Source: Bacteroidota bacterium (GTDB lineage: Bacteria > Bacteroidota > Bacteroidia > UKL13-3). Taken from it: DNA of 64,000 bases. The stretch spans positions 771 to 64,770 of the forward strand of contig CANLPK010000004.1 in NCBI GenBank assembly GCA_947492885.1, written 5' to 3'. Made by a program: the position numbers and the translations under genes. Shown here one piece after another: positions 49,706-58,812 of this stretch. Position 1 is the first letter of the stretch. Each line of letters begins with the position of its first letter. The notes under the pieces are model-generated. The model searched no databases. It had not been told where the DNA came from and saw only the letters and a program-made list of their open reading frames with translations.

Positions 49706-50527
49706 TTACGAATTGACCGAGGCGATTTCTTTTGGCTTATAACTCACCAAATATACACCCGAGAAGATGATGAGCATATAAGCAACCTTCTCAAAGCTAA
49801 TAGTATCGGTATTTTTAGCAATGGCGATGAGAATGGCAAGCACTGGTTGCAAATAAATATAACTGCCAACGGTTGCAGCAGAAGCTTTGCTAAGTGCATA
49901 TGCATTAAGTAGGTAGGTGATGAATGTAGCACCTATCAAAATAAAAATGATATAACCCCAAATTTCGTAAGGAATAATACTGAAGTCGGTATGCTGCAAA
50001 TCGCTCCATCCAAAGGGTAGTACAAATAAGAACCCAATGCCAAAGGTGTAAGCCGATAGTGTAATTGGATGATATTTCTTTAGTAATGGCTTTGCATAAA
50101 CAAGATAAAACGAATAGATGATGGCATTTAGTGCCACGGCAATATCACCCCAAACATTTTTAGTATCAAAAGTAAAATTCATGCCTCCTAACAACAAAAT
50201 AGCACCCATACAAGCAATACCAATTCCGATATAACGAATGATAGATAATTTTTCGCGAATAAGGAAAGCGGCAAATACTGCCACAAACACAGGAGTACAA
50301 GCCATCAAGATGGCACCATTAATGGGTGTAGTAATGGATAAGCCTTTAAAGAATAGGAGCATATTGGCGCCGCAACCAGTAATTGCACAAAGAATTATTT
50401 TCGGCAAATCTGCTTTCAAATCCACCTTCTGGCGAATAAAAATTAAACTGCAAAGGGTGAAGAGAATTCCAGCGGTACCAACCCTTAGTACAATAAAACC
50501 AAAGGGTTGCAAAAAACCAGGCATCAC
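49706..50527 (-). CDS. DMT-superfamily (EamA) transporter; annotated start probably truncates TM1
   Basis: Two EamA repeats. The frame stays open upstream to 50617 and encodes a canonical TM1, but the only candidate start codon there is ATC (50603-50605). Confidence 0.75.
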   Translation of the reverse strand: MMPGFLQPFGFIVLRVGTAGILFTLCSLIFIRQKVDLKADLPKIILCAITGCGANMLLFFKGLSITTPINGAILMACTPVFVAVFAAFLIREKLSIIRYIGIGIACMGAILLLGGMNFTFDTKNVWGDIAVALNAIIYSFYLVYAKPLLKKYHPITLSAYTFGIGFLFVLPFGWSDLQHTDFSIIPYEIWGYIIFILIGATFITYLLNAYALSKASAATVGSYIYLQPVLAILIAIAKNTDTISFEKVAYMLIIFSGVYLVSYKPKEIASVNS

Positions 50528-50613
50528 TAGCTTACTAAAGCTAAAGGTGCATGCGTAAATGAATGTTACGGTAAAAAGTGCGAGATGTACTAGAAAGTTT
50601 TTGATACCGTATT

Positions 50614-51009
50614 TTAATTAGCTTTGAATTGCCATTCGTAACTCGACCCGTTCACATTTTCGATAAGCCACATCGCCTTGTTTTTTAATTTCAAAATTTT
50701 AAAACGATGCAGTACCTGGCTGGCATTATAATTAATGATGATGGAATCTTGGTTGGCAGTAAAAGCCCAACTGCCCTTGATGGAGTTGAAGCCGTTGTCC
50801 TCTGTATAAGAATTATCGGAGCCATAACTATAGGTGTACTTCGAATAATAACCGGTGCTTTCTTGCGAATTCACCACTACCTTCTCCACTGCCCAACTTC
50901 CTGCTACACGGGCATCACGTGATTGTAGCGACAAGATAGGTCCTTCAGGATATTTTTTACAAGCACCTACGGTTAAAAGTACAACTAGAGATAATAATAG
51001 AATACGCAT
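50614..51009 (-). CDS. lipocalin-like lipoprotein
   Basis: 131 aa. Lipobox LTVGAC and an 8-strand-like pattern (GSWAVEKVV...GSWAFT...). Confidence 0.5.
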   Translation of the reverse strand: MRILLLSLVVLLTVGACKKYPEGPILSLQSRDARVAGSWAVEKVVVNSQESTGYYSKYTYSYGSDNSYTEDNGFNSIKGSWAFTANQDSIIINYNASQVLHRFKILKLKNKAMWLIENVNGSSYEWQFKAN

Positions 51010-51201
51010 GAATTTAAAAATAAGCTGCGAATATAATTATTTGATATAGATGCTTGTAGTAATTTCTGATCGAACTGATATAATCATTAATCTATAAGCC
51101 GCCTTCCGAAGTTTCCATAACCTTAGGGTTGAATCTTAGCCGTGAAAAAATTGCGCAACAAAAGGTTCGTATTCCAGGAGTTTTATTCTCAATTAAATCT
51201 T

Positions 51202-51209
51202 TATTTTTG
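51202..51209 (+). promoter_or_regulatory. -7 box TATTTTTG immediately upstream of the Fe-S membrane protein gene
   Basis: Exact TAnnTTTG ending 5 nt before the ATG at 51215. Confidence 0.35.
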
Positions 51210-51214
51210 CCATC

Positions 51215-52510
51215 ATGCATATACTATCACAAGTTTTATTTGCCGGAGTCCTGGGTGTTGCGGTATTTTATTTTACAAGAAATATTCAGCGCATTCGACG
51301 TAATATATTTTTAGGCCGCGATTGGGAAGTACAAGGTACTGCCGATATGCGATGGAAGAATATGTTTCGTGTGGCCTTAGGCCAAAGTAAAATGGTACGC
51401 AAACCTATTGCAGGGATTTTACACATCATTGTTTATGCAGGTTTTATTTTAATCAATATCGAAGTGCTGGAAATCATGATTGATGGGCTCTTTGGCACCC
51501 ATCGTGTATTGAGTTTCTTCGGGCCACTTTATAATTTAGCCATTGGCTTTTTCGAAATACTCGCCTTCCTGGTACTTGCTGCCTGTGCCATCTTTTTAGT
51601 ACGTCGTTATATTTTAAAAATAGGTCGCTTCAATCATATCGATTTGAAAGGATTTGCAAATCGCGATGCCGCCATTATTTTAACCACTGAAATTGTATTG
51701 ATGTCGGCCCTCCTAATCATGAACGCAGCCGATCAGCGCTTACAAGCCTTGGGCAGCGAGCACTACCATCAGGCAGGTAGCTTTCCTGTTTCACAATACT
51801 TGGTTTCGCTTTATGGTGATGCAAGTGAAAATGCTTTAATGATTGCAGAGCGAGGCATGTGGTGGGCACATCTCATTGGTATTTTAATGTTCTTGAATTA
51901 TCTGCCTTTCAGTAAACATTTTCATATCATCTTAGCGTTTCCAAATACATTTTATGCCCGGTTCAAACCCAAAGGTGAGTTTACCAATCCTGAGAATGTA
52001 ACCAAAGAGGTGAAGCTTGCTTTCTTTCCCGATTTACCCGTTGATGAGTCGAAGGAGCTTCCTAAAACCTTTGGTGTGAAAGATGTTCAGGACCTTACCT
52101 GGAAAAACTTGATGGATGCATACACGTGCACCGAGTGCGGTCGTTGTACAAGCCAATGCCCGGCGAATATTACTGGCAAATTACTATCGCCTCGTAAAAT
52201 CATGATGAGCACCCGCGACCGATTGGAGGAAGTAGGTAGAAATATTGATCAAAAAATTACTGACGAGAAATCCTTGCATGATAATATTAGTGCTGAGGAA
52301 TTATGGGCTTGTACTAGTTGCAATGCCTGTGTTGAGGCTTGCCCGGTAGAAATTAATCCATTGGAAATAATTGTTGAAATGCGTCGCTATTTGGTGATGG
52401 AGCAGAGTGCAGCTCCTCAGGAACTCAACCTCATGACCACCAATATCGAAAACAACGGTGCACCATGGCAATATGCTCAAAGTGAGAGAATGGGCTGGAC
52501 ACAAGACTAG
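51215..52510 (+). CDS. membrane-anchored (Fe-S)-binding protein (polytopic N-domain plus HdrC-like 2x4Fe-4S)
   Basis: 431 aa. About 5 TM helices, then CTECGRCTSQCP and CTSCNACVEACP. Confidence 0.75.
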   Translation: MHILSQVLFAGVLGVAVFYFTRNIQRIRRNIFLGRDWEVQGTADMRWKNMFRVALGQSKMVRKPIAGILHIIVYAGFILINIEVLEIMIDGLFGTHRVLSFFGPLYNLAIGFFEILAFLVLAACAIFLVRRYILKIGRFNHIDLKGFANRDAAIILTTEIVLMSALLIMNAADQRLQALGSEHYHQAGSFPVSQYLVSLYGDASENALMIAERGMWWAHLIGILMFLNYLPFSKHFHIILAFPNTFYARFKPKGEFTNPENVTKEVKLAFFPDLPVDESKELPKTFGVKDVQDLTWKNLMDAYTCTECGRCTSQCPANITGKLLSPRKIMMSTRDRLEEVGRNIDQKITDEKSLHDNISAEELWACTSCNACVEACPVEINPLEIIVEMRRYLVMEQSAAPQELNLMTTNIENNGAPWQYAQSERMGWTQD

Positions 52511-52629
52511 TATTTCTCGCTGCACTCATAATAAAGATTATATAGGTACGAACTGTCTATGCACGTATAACCCCGATTTGCATTGCTTTTTAAATGTGAA
52601 TCAAAAACTTTGATTGTATTCTCCATCAC

Positions 52630-53334
52630 CTAGTTTTTTACGAATACGTAGGTGAAAATTCCTGCCTGAAAGTAATATAAACCCGAAACTAAGTTGTTAA
52701 TATCAAGGGTGTTTACAGGTGAATTTAAATAGCCAGTCATAACTTCAATTCCTAAATAATTAAATATACTAAATTGCAAATTAGCAGGTTGACCTTCACT
52801 TTTAATATTTAGGAAATTTAATGCAGGGTTCGGGTAAATTGTTATTTGACTGGGGCTACTTATTTTCGAGCTAATCCCAACAAATTGATTCCCGCCTCCA
52901 TTGGTAGTTCGCAAAATAGTGCCGATATCCCCAACGATAATTCCTATCCTTCCATCCTCCGTAAATTTAATATCATTGAGTGGAGCGGTTACTGGGCATC
53001 GTTGTTCTTTCCAAGTAATACCTCCATCAAAACTTTTTAAGATGAGGGCTTTGCCATTTTTACTGCCTACAACATAACCAGTATCCCTATTTACAAACCA
53101 AACTTGATTAAAATTACAATTGTTATTGGTATATTCTATTTTCCAATTAGTATAATTATCGCTCTTTGCAATAAACGTATCTCCAATAATAACTCCAGCA
53201 GTATCATTAAACATATATAGCGATTTTGAATACGGGAGATTTGGAATATTATCAAATTGAGATTGGTTTGGTGTTATTTTTTTTAATTTCACGTCTGACA
53301 ATTGCGGTATAGCTTTTCTGTAAACCAGGTTCAT
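52630..53334 (-). CDS. C-terminal fragment of a BNR/Ycf48-like propeller T9SS cargo protein (frameshifted gene)
   Basis: SFDGGITWKEQ and RTTNGGGN BNR-like motifs, with a T9SS CTD IYPNPALNFLNIK...GLYYFQAG...VFVKN. It overlaps the upstream fragment in a different frame. Confidence 0.65.
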   Translation of the reverse strand: MNLVYRKAIPQLSDVKLKKITPNQSQFDNIPNLPYSKSLYMFNDTAGVIIGDTFIAKSDNYTNWKIEYTNNNCNFNQVWFVNRDTGYVVGSKNGKALILKSFDGGITWKEQRCPVTAPLNDIKFTEDGRIGIIVGDIGTILRTTNGGGNQFVGISSKISSPSQITIYPNPALNFLNIKSEGQPANLQFSIFNYLGIEVMTGYLNSPVNTLDINNLVSGLYYFQAGIFTYVFVKN

Positions 53335-53917
53335 AATTGTTTAAAACAAAAAAGGTGCTATTCTTTTGAAATAATGCCTTAAATACTAGAGAGTCGTACC
53401 AAAAATAACCTCGGCTAAATCCTCCTTTATATACTACATAAGGCTGAGTTATGGCAGATACAACACTATACTGATTGGTCAACCGTCTTATATTTCTTTC
53501 TTGAAATACCCAAACAATCGAATCTTCATACCTCAAGGTAGAAAAGTTATAATCACTCAGAAAGGAATTAAGTATTGTGGTATCAATAAACTTGGTATTA
53601 GGTAGGATTTTAAAATATTTTTGATGATAGTAATAATTGGAATTTAGATTATTGTAACTTGTAACATATACTGTATCTGCGTTTCTGAACACATCATTGA
53701 ATTTGTTGATAAAATCATACCCCGCGAGATAAAATGTTTTACAGGAATCACTCGAGCCATATAGATAATTATTACCTAAAATATAGAAAGTACTATCTAA
53801 TTGTTTTATTCTTTCTAAAGAAGAATACACTCCAGTAGATTTATTGAACCACTGTGCTTGTAGGTTATTGAATAATAGTATTAGAATTAATGTATTTAAT
53901 AGTTTTTTCATGGTCAA
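53252..53917 (-). CDS. N-terminal fragment (signal peptide plus first blades) of the same frameshifted gene
   Basis: MTMKKLLNTLILILLFNNLQAQ signal peptide. The ORF ends 25 nt after an A8 run (plus-strand T8 at 53277-53284). Confidence 0.6.
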   Translation of the reverse strand: MTMKKLLNTLILILLFNNLQAQWFNKSTGVYSSLERIKQLDSTFYILGNNYLYGSSDSCKTFYLAGYDFINKFNDVFRNADTVYVTSYNNLNSNYYYHQKYFKILPNTKFIDTTILNSFLSDYNFSTLRYEDSIVWVFQERNIRRLTNQYSVVSAITQPYVVYKGGFSRGYFWYDSLVFKALFQKNSTFFVLNNYEPGLQKSYTAIVRREIKKNNTKPISI

Positions 53918-54147
53918 TAATTAATGATAAGCTTTTATGTATTCAAAACCAAATTGGTTTGGTCCCTGAATTAGAATTTATTTCAAATTTAACAGATTCT
54001 CTTCTTAAAAAAAATTCAAAATCGCTGCATACTACATCATACACATTTTACTTATTCACAATAATAACCTCAATAGGTCGTTATTATTCTCCCGGGGCTT
54101 CCTTTACTTTTACGGATTACTAACTCCCGCGTTTCATCTCATTTAAG

Positions 54148-56646
54148 GTGGCTAAAAAAATACAATCAAAAGAATCAGCAAAGAGCGATTTCGAAAAAGA
54201 AAAAGTGTCGAAAGAAAAACCAAGTGTAAGTGGTTTTGTTGGATTTCTGCGCAGTGAAAAATTTCGTCGCATCCTCGGCTTTCTCTTCATCGCATTTGCT
54301 TTGGCCTTACCGCTTGCATTCACTTCCTTTTTGATTTCATGGGAATATGATCAGAGTGTCGTCACTGGATTATCCTTAGGGAAGCTATTTGAAATAAATC
54401 CGGATGCTGCCCAAAACTGGTTAGGTATAGGCGGCGCATGGATAGCCCACGTAATGATTTATAATGGGTTTGGAATTGCGGCATACAGCTTTTCACTCCT
54501 CTTCTTTCTTATTGGAATAAAATTATTTTCAGGTACTTCCCTCCTTCCCATTGGTAAAACATTTGCCTATACTTTTTTCGGAGTTATTTGGTTGAGTATT
54601 TTATTGGGATCCATCTTCACTACTCATTTCTTTAATGCGGGTGGCTCTTTTGGTTACTTTGGTTTTCTCTGGTTAAAAAGTATTGCGGGTTATATTGGTG
54701 TTGTGCTCTTCCTCATTGGATACCTGGCCATCTTTAGCATCGTTGTATTCAATACCGATTTCTCTTTCTTACTTACCCCTTTTCAAAAGCTGGCAAATAT
54801 TTCGCTCAAAAAACAATCTCCACTATCCAACGAAGAGCTCGAAATAACACAACCTGAAGTAGCTGCTGAGATGCCAACGGGTAACGTGATAACATTCAGC
54901 CCCGATTCATTTGAGAACGAAGCCAATAGTTTTAAAGAGCATTTGGAGGATACCAGTGAAGAAGAGGATATCAATGAAGAAGAAATAGCACAAAGTATTT
55001 CCTTATCGAAAAAAACAGTTCCTGTGATGAAACAAGAACTCACCTTCGAAGTAGAAGACACTACACTAAGAGAAGAAGAGGTAGCCGAAATTGTTGAAGA
55101 GCGCCCCCGCACTACCGCAGAGGAACTGGTAGCCGAGTTTGGTCTCTACGACCCCACCCTCGATTTGAGTAATTATGTGAAGCCTACGCTCGATTTACTA
55201 AGCGATTACCCAAATATAAAATCGCAGGTGGATGTGAAGGAGCTGGAAGAAAAGAAGAACATGATTTTAGATACTTTGAAGAATTACAATATCGAAATTC
55301 AAAGTATCAAAGCAACCATAGGACCCACGGTTACACTTTACGAAATTGTGCCTGCAGCAGGCGTACGTATTGCTAAAATTAAAAACCTGGAAGATGATAT
55401 TGCATTAAGTTTGGCAGCCCTTGGTATTCGGATCATTGCGCCCATGCCAGGCAAAGGTACGGTGGGTATTGAAGTACCCAATGCACGCCCGGAAATGGTA
55501 CCGATGAAAACGGCATTGATGAGTCCGAAGTTTCAATCATCGGATATGGACCTTCCTATTGTGATGGGAAAGACCATCACCAATGAAGTATTCGTTGCCG
55601 ATTTGGCGAAGATGCCGCATTTACTGATGGCAGGTTCTACAGGTCAGGGAAAGTCGGTTGGATTGAATGCACTCATCGTATCGCTGCTGTATAAGAAGCA
55701 CCCCGCCGAATTAAAATTTGTGATGGTCGATCCCAAGAAGGTGGAGCTTAGTTTGTACAAGCATATTGAAAATCATTTCCTGGCCAAACTACCAGGCGAT
55801 GCAGATGCGATTCTTACGGATACCTCATTGGTAGTAAACACCTTGAAGAGTTTGACTTTAGAGATGGATCAGCGCTACGAACTTTTGAAACATGCCGAAG
55901 TTCGTAACCTCAAAGAATACAATAAGAAATTTTTAGAGCGCCGATTATCTCCTGTTGATGGGCATCGATTCTTGCCATATATCGTTTTAATTATTGATGA
56001 GCTGGCCGACTTGATGATGACCGCTGGTAAAGAGGTAGAGCTACCCATCGCTCGTCTTGCACAGTTGGCTCGTGCCATTGGAATTCATTTGGTACTGGCT
56101 ACACAACGTCCGAGTGTAAATATTATTACAGGAACAATTAAAGCAAACTTCCCGGCGCGATTGGCTTTTAGGGTAATTAGTAAAATCGATTCACGCACCA
56201 TTCTTGATTCGGGAGGAGCCGATCAGCTCATCGGAAAAGGAGATATGCTTTTTAGCACTGGCAACGATTTAATTCGTTTGCAATGCCCTTTTGTAGATAC
56301 TCCTGAAGTAGAACGCATTGCAACCTTTATAGGGCAACAGCAAGGCTATGCGCACCCAATGCATTTGCCTGAAAACTTTGAAGGCGCTGAAAAAGAAAAA
56401 GAAACTTTCGATCCCAAAGAACGCGATCCATTATTTGAAGATGCAGCCCGCATCATTGTTCAGATGCAACAAGGATCTACCTCATTGCTTCAGCGTCGTA
56501 TGAACCTTGGATATAACCGTGCTGGCCGCCTCATCGATCAGATGGAAGCTTGCGGTATTGTGGGACCCAACGTAGGAAGCAAAGCCCGCGATGTACTGGT
56601 GAAAGACATGGAGATGCTGGAACGCATGTTGGAGAATATGATATAG
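54148..56646 (+). CDS. ftsK: DNA translocase FtsK
   Basis: 832 aa. N-terminal TM helices, an acidic linker, Walker A GSTGQGKSV, Walker B LIIDELADL, and a gamma domain LLQRRMNLGYNRAGRLIDQME. GTG start. Confidence 0.92.
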   Translation: MAKKIQSKESAKSDFEKEKVSKEKPSVSGFVGFLRSEKFRRILGFLFIAFALALPLAFTSFLISWEYDQSVVTGLSLGKLFEINPDAAQNWLGIGGAWIAHVMIYNGFGIAAYSFSLLFFLIGIKLFSGTSLLPIGKTFAYTFFGVIWLSILLGSIFTTHFFNAGGSFGYFGFLWLKSIAGYIGVVLFLIGYLAIFSIVVFNTDFSFLLTPFQKLANISLKKQSPLSNEELEITQPEVAAEMPTGNVITFSPDSFENEANSFKEHLEDTSEEEDINEEEIAQSISLSKKTVPVMKQELTFEVEDTTLREEEVAEIVEERPRTTAEELVAEFGLYDPTLDLSNYVKPTLDLLSDYPNIKSQVDVKELEEKKNMILDTLKNYNIEIQSIKATIGPTVTLYEIVPAAGVRIAKIKNLEDDIALSLAALGIRIIAPMPGKGTVGIEVPNARPEMVPMKTALMSPKFQSSDMDLPIVMGKTITNEVFVADLAKMPHLLMAGSTGQGKSVGLNALIVSLLYKKHPAELKFVMVDPKKVELSLYKHIENHFLAKLPGDADAILTDTSLVVNTLKSLTLEMDQRYELLKHAEVRNLKEYNKKFLERRLSPVDGHRFLPYIVLIIDELADLMMTAGKEVELPIARLAQLARAIGIHLVLATQRPSVNIITGTIKANFPARLAFRVISKIDSRTILDSGGADQLIGKGDMLFSTGNDLIRLQCPFVDTPEVERIATFIGQQQGYAHPMHLPENFEGAEKEKETFDPKERDPLFEDAARIIVQMQQGSTSLLQRRMNLGYNRAGRLIDQMEACGIVGPNVGSKARDVLVKDMEMLERMLENMI

Positions 56647-56704
56647 TAGTGTATCGCTCCAAAAACTAAATTCAGAAACATTTTTAAAATTTCTAAAATA
56701 CTCC

Positions 56705-57145
56705 TCAATTAAATGGAGGCAACTTCTCATCCGTATAGCGATTGAAATACATCGACTGGCCAAAAATCGTGAGCCATACAAAACCAGTAACTTTTAAGGT
56801 ATTGGCATCCTTAAGTATGATATACGAATCGTACTTCTTTCCTGAATTCAAATCATAAATTTCACCATTTTTCCATTGATTTCCAACATAAGAAAAGTGT
56901 TTCATCACAACATAATTTAACCATTGATCCTCGGGTACAGCTACATTTTTCCCATGCTCATTATCATAGTAGTTTTTGTACCAAACAATTTTCCCGTAAT
57001 ACAGGCCATTTACTTTATAACAACTAACAATTAAATCCTTCTTGGGGCTTATCCAATTGCCAATAATTTGATCGCACGCAGGTACTTGTGAAAAGGCCAC
57101 GATATTATTAATGAATACTGCAATAAAAAAAAGTATTCTTTTCAT
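56705..57145 (-). CDS. DUF2147-family secreted protein
   Basis: 146 aa. Signal peptide, then IIGNWISPKKDLIVSCYKVNGLYYGKIVW. Confidence 0.6.
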   Translation of the reverse strand: MKRILFFIAVFINNIVAFSQVPACDQIIGNWISPKKDLIVSCYKVNGLYYGKIVWYKNYYDNEHGKNVAVPEDQWLNYVVMKHFSYVGNQWKNGEIYDLNSGKKYDSYIILKDANTLKVTGFVWLTIFGQSMYFNRYTDEKLPPFN

Positions 57146-57255
57146 CTTTAGAAAAATTATTGAATTACGATTCTTTTAACGAGATTGTGTTGATTATTTT
57201 GAGTTATTACTATTTGATAAATCCCAGGAGCAAAATCACTGATATTATAGTGACG

Positions 57256-58659
57256 CTAATTTGAAACTTCACTAAGCTTTTGTTTTTCACCCAATGTATT
57301 GATGAGAAATACTTGTGATTCCTCTTCAATGCCTATTAAGGTTATTTCATAGGATGTTGGATTTGGAAATATTTGAATTGATGAACTACTAACGAAAGTA
57401 GGGATACCATCAATGCTAGCACAAGCTTCATTGCTAAAAGCACTATTGCCAACATTATTAAATGCCAAAACTTTAAAGCAATAATTATTACTTACTAAAT
57501 TAGAATCCAAATAATAATTAATATTTGTAGGAGTAGAATCTATCATGATATAGGTACCTCCAACCGTATTGCTTCTAAATATTTTAAATCCTTTTTCATC
57601 GTTGCTGCTATCCACCCAATTCAATTGAATATTTTTTTGAGTCACCTTCTGCAAACTCAAATTCACTGGGGCTTTCGGAACGGTGGGCGCGGGTGCAACA
57701 ATCGAATCCTTGATTGCAAGCCATATGGTGGTATTCATAATTAGCAATTGATGATTTCCAGAAGCATCTACAAAATATCCATTATAAAGCTGGTCACCGG
57801 AATCGCCGCTACCATCATCAAATGGTGAGCTATCGCCTATTGCGGCAACTTTACCTTTGCCAAATCGAGCATATACCACCATAGCTTTACTATTGTTATT
57901 GGTAATACCATTACGATAAACAGCAATTTTCACGTTTGGATTTATGGTAGGATCCACCGTGATATCACAACCATTAAACCATTGAATTTTACTCACGTCG
58001 CCAAAGGGGCCATGTATTAAACTATCGGTGCTAATAGCATTAACACTTGTAGAAGTTTCTGAGATATTGGTTAGATTAAAAGTAATGCCCATACCTGAAC
58101 CTGATAGTAGGTCGTTCCAAATTGCTGGCGAATCCCAGCCATCATTATTTCTATCCGATTGCGTATGATCGGAAATCATGTATAAACTACCGCCATTTTG
58201 CACAAAAGCCAAGATAGCAGATTTCTCGGAGGTTGTAAAGCGGATATTGGGTTCGCACACCACAAAGATTTTATACCTGGAAAGATCCTGTGTGTTACTT
58301 GTATTGTTATGGGTAATTGAACCATTGTATGGCAGGGTTTCTACGGCGTACCCTCTCTTCACACAATCGATTCCCCACGATGAAAGTGCTCCCGACCAAA
58401 ATGTTTCGGCCGTGCCAGATATAATATTTGACTGGGCAGGTAATGGAATTTGTTGCGCATTCGATTCCGTTCCACCATTCAAGCTGGCATTGGGGTTCCA
58501 TCCTAAGTTGTGAGCATCAGCATCGATAATCCAATCAGTATTATTGGCGGTCTCGGCTTTGGTGGCATCGAATAAAATTTTTACTTGCTGTGCATTCAAT
58601 GCAAAACCGAGTAAAAGAAATATTTGTAGAACTAAAATTCGCATGCCTGACTTAATCAT
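57256..58659 (-). CDS. secreted protein (uncharacterised N-domain plus FN3) whose T9SS C-terminal domain is cut by an in-frame TAG
   Basis: Signal peptide, an FN3 domain (PVNLSLQKVTQKNIQLNWVDSSNDEKGFKIFRS...) and the start of a CTD (IQIFPNPTSYEITL...). The frame continues in phase past the TAG at 57256-57258 down to 57157. Confidence 0.7.
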   Translation of the reverse strand: MIKSGMRILVLQIFLLLGFALNAQQVKILFDATKAETANNTDWIIDADAHNLGWNPNASLNGGTESNAQQIPLPAQSNIISGTAETFWSGALSSWGIDCVKRGYAVETLPYNGSITHNNTSNTQDLSRYKIFVVCEPNIRFTTSEKSAILAFVQNGGSLYMISDHTQSDRNNDGWDSPAIWNDLLSGSGMGITFNLTNISETSTSVNAISTDSLIHGPFGDVSKIQWFNGCDITVDPTINPNVKIAVYRNGITNNNSKAMVVYARFGKGKVAAIGDSSPFDDGSGDSGDQLYNGYFVDASGNHQLLIMNTTIWLAIKDSIVAPAPTVPKAPVNLSLQKVTQKNIQLNWVDSSNDEKGFKIFRSNTVGGTYIMIDSTPTNINYYLDSNLVSNNYCFKVLAFNNVGNSAFSNEACASIDGIPTFVSSSSIQIFPNPTSYEITLIGIEEESQVFLINTLGEKQKLSEVSN

Positions 58660-58812
58660 TATATTTTTTACGTAAAAAAGATATTAGTGTCGGAGGTTTT
58701 TACTTAGAAATAAATTCTTAAGATATTGTCATCAAAGATAGTACATTCCTTTCTCTATTAATTTTACAGTATTAATAATCATGAAATGAATTACAACAAG
58801 AAAAATTTAGTT

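Noticed and set aside
2-52510. A functional link between the DsrC-like gene at the window start and the DsrMK-like membrane Fe-S protein at 51215.
   Set aside because: They are about 50 kb apart with dozens of unrelated genes between them, and nothing in the sequence connects them.
54060-54088. 9-bp A/T-only inverted repeat (aataataac...gttattatt) followed by a CCCGGGG, in the ftsK upstream region.
   Set aside because: The stem is purely A/T and would be weak. It does not follow any gene on either strand, so it is not a terminator. No second copy exists that would suggest an operator.
22791-57258. Alternative genetic code or systematic stop-codon reassignment as the explanation for the in-frame TAA and TAG.
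   Set aside because: TAA and TAG terminate most ORFs in this window at positions giving full-length, family-typical proteins (for example pgk, radA, uvrC, ftsK). Global reassignment is therefore untenable.
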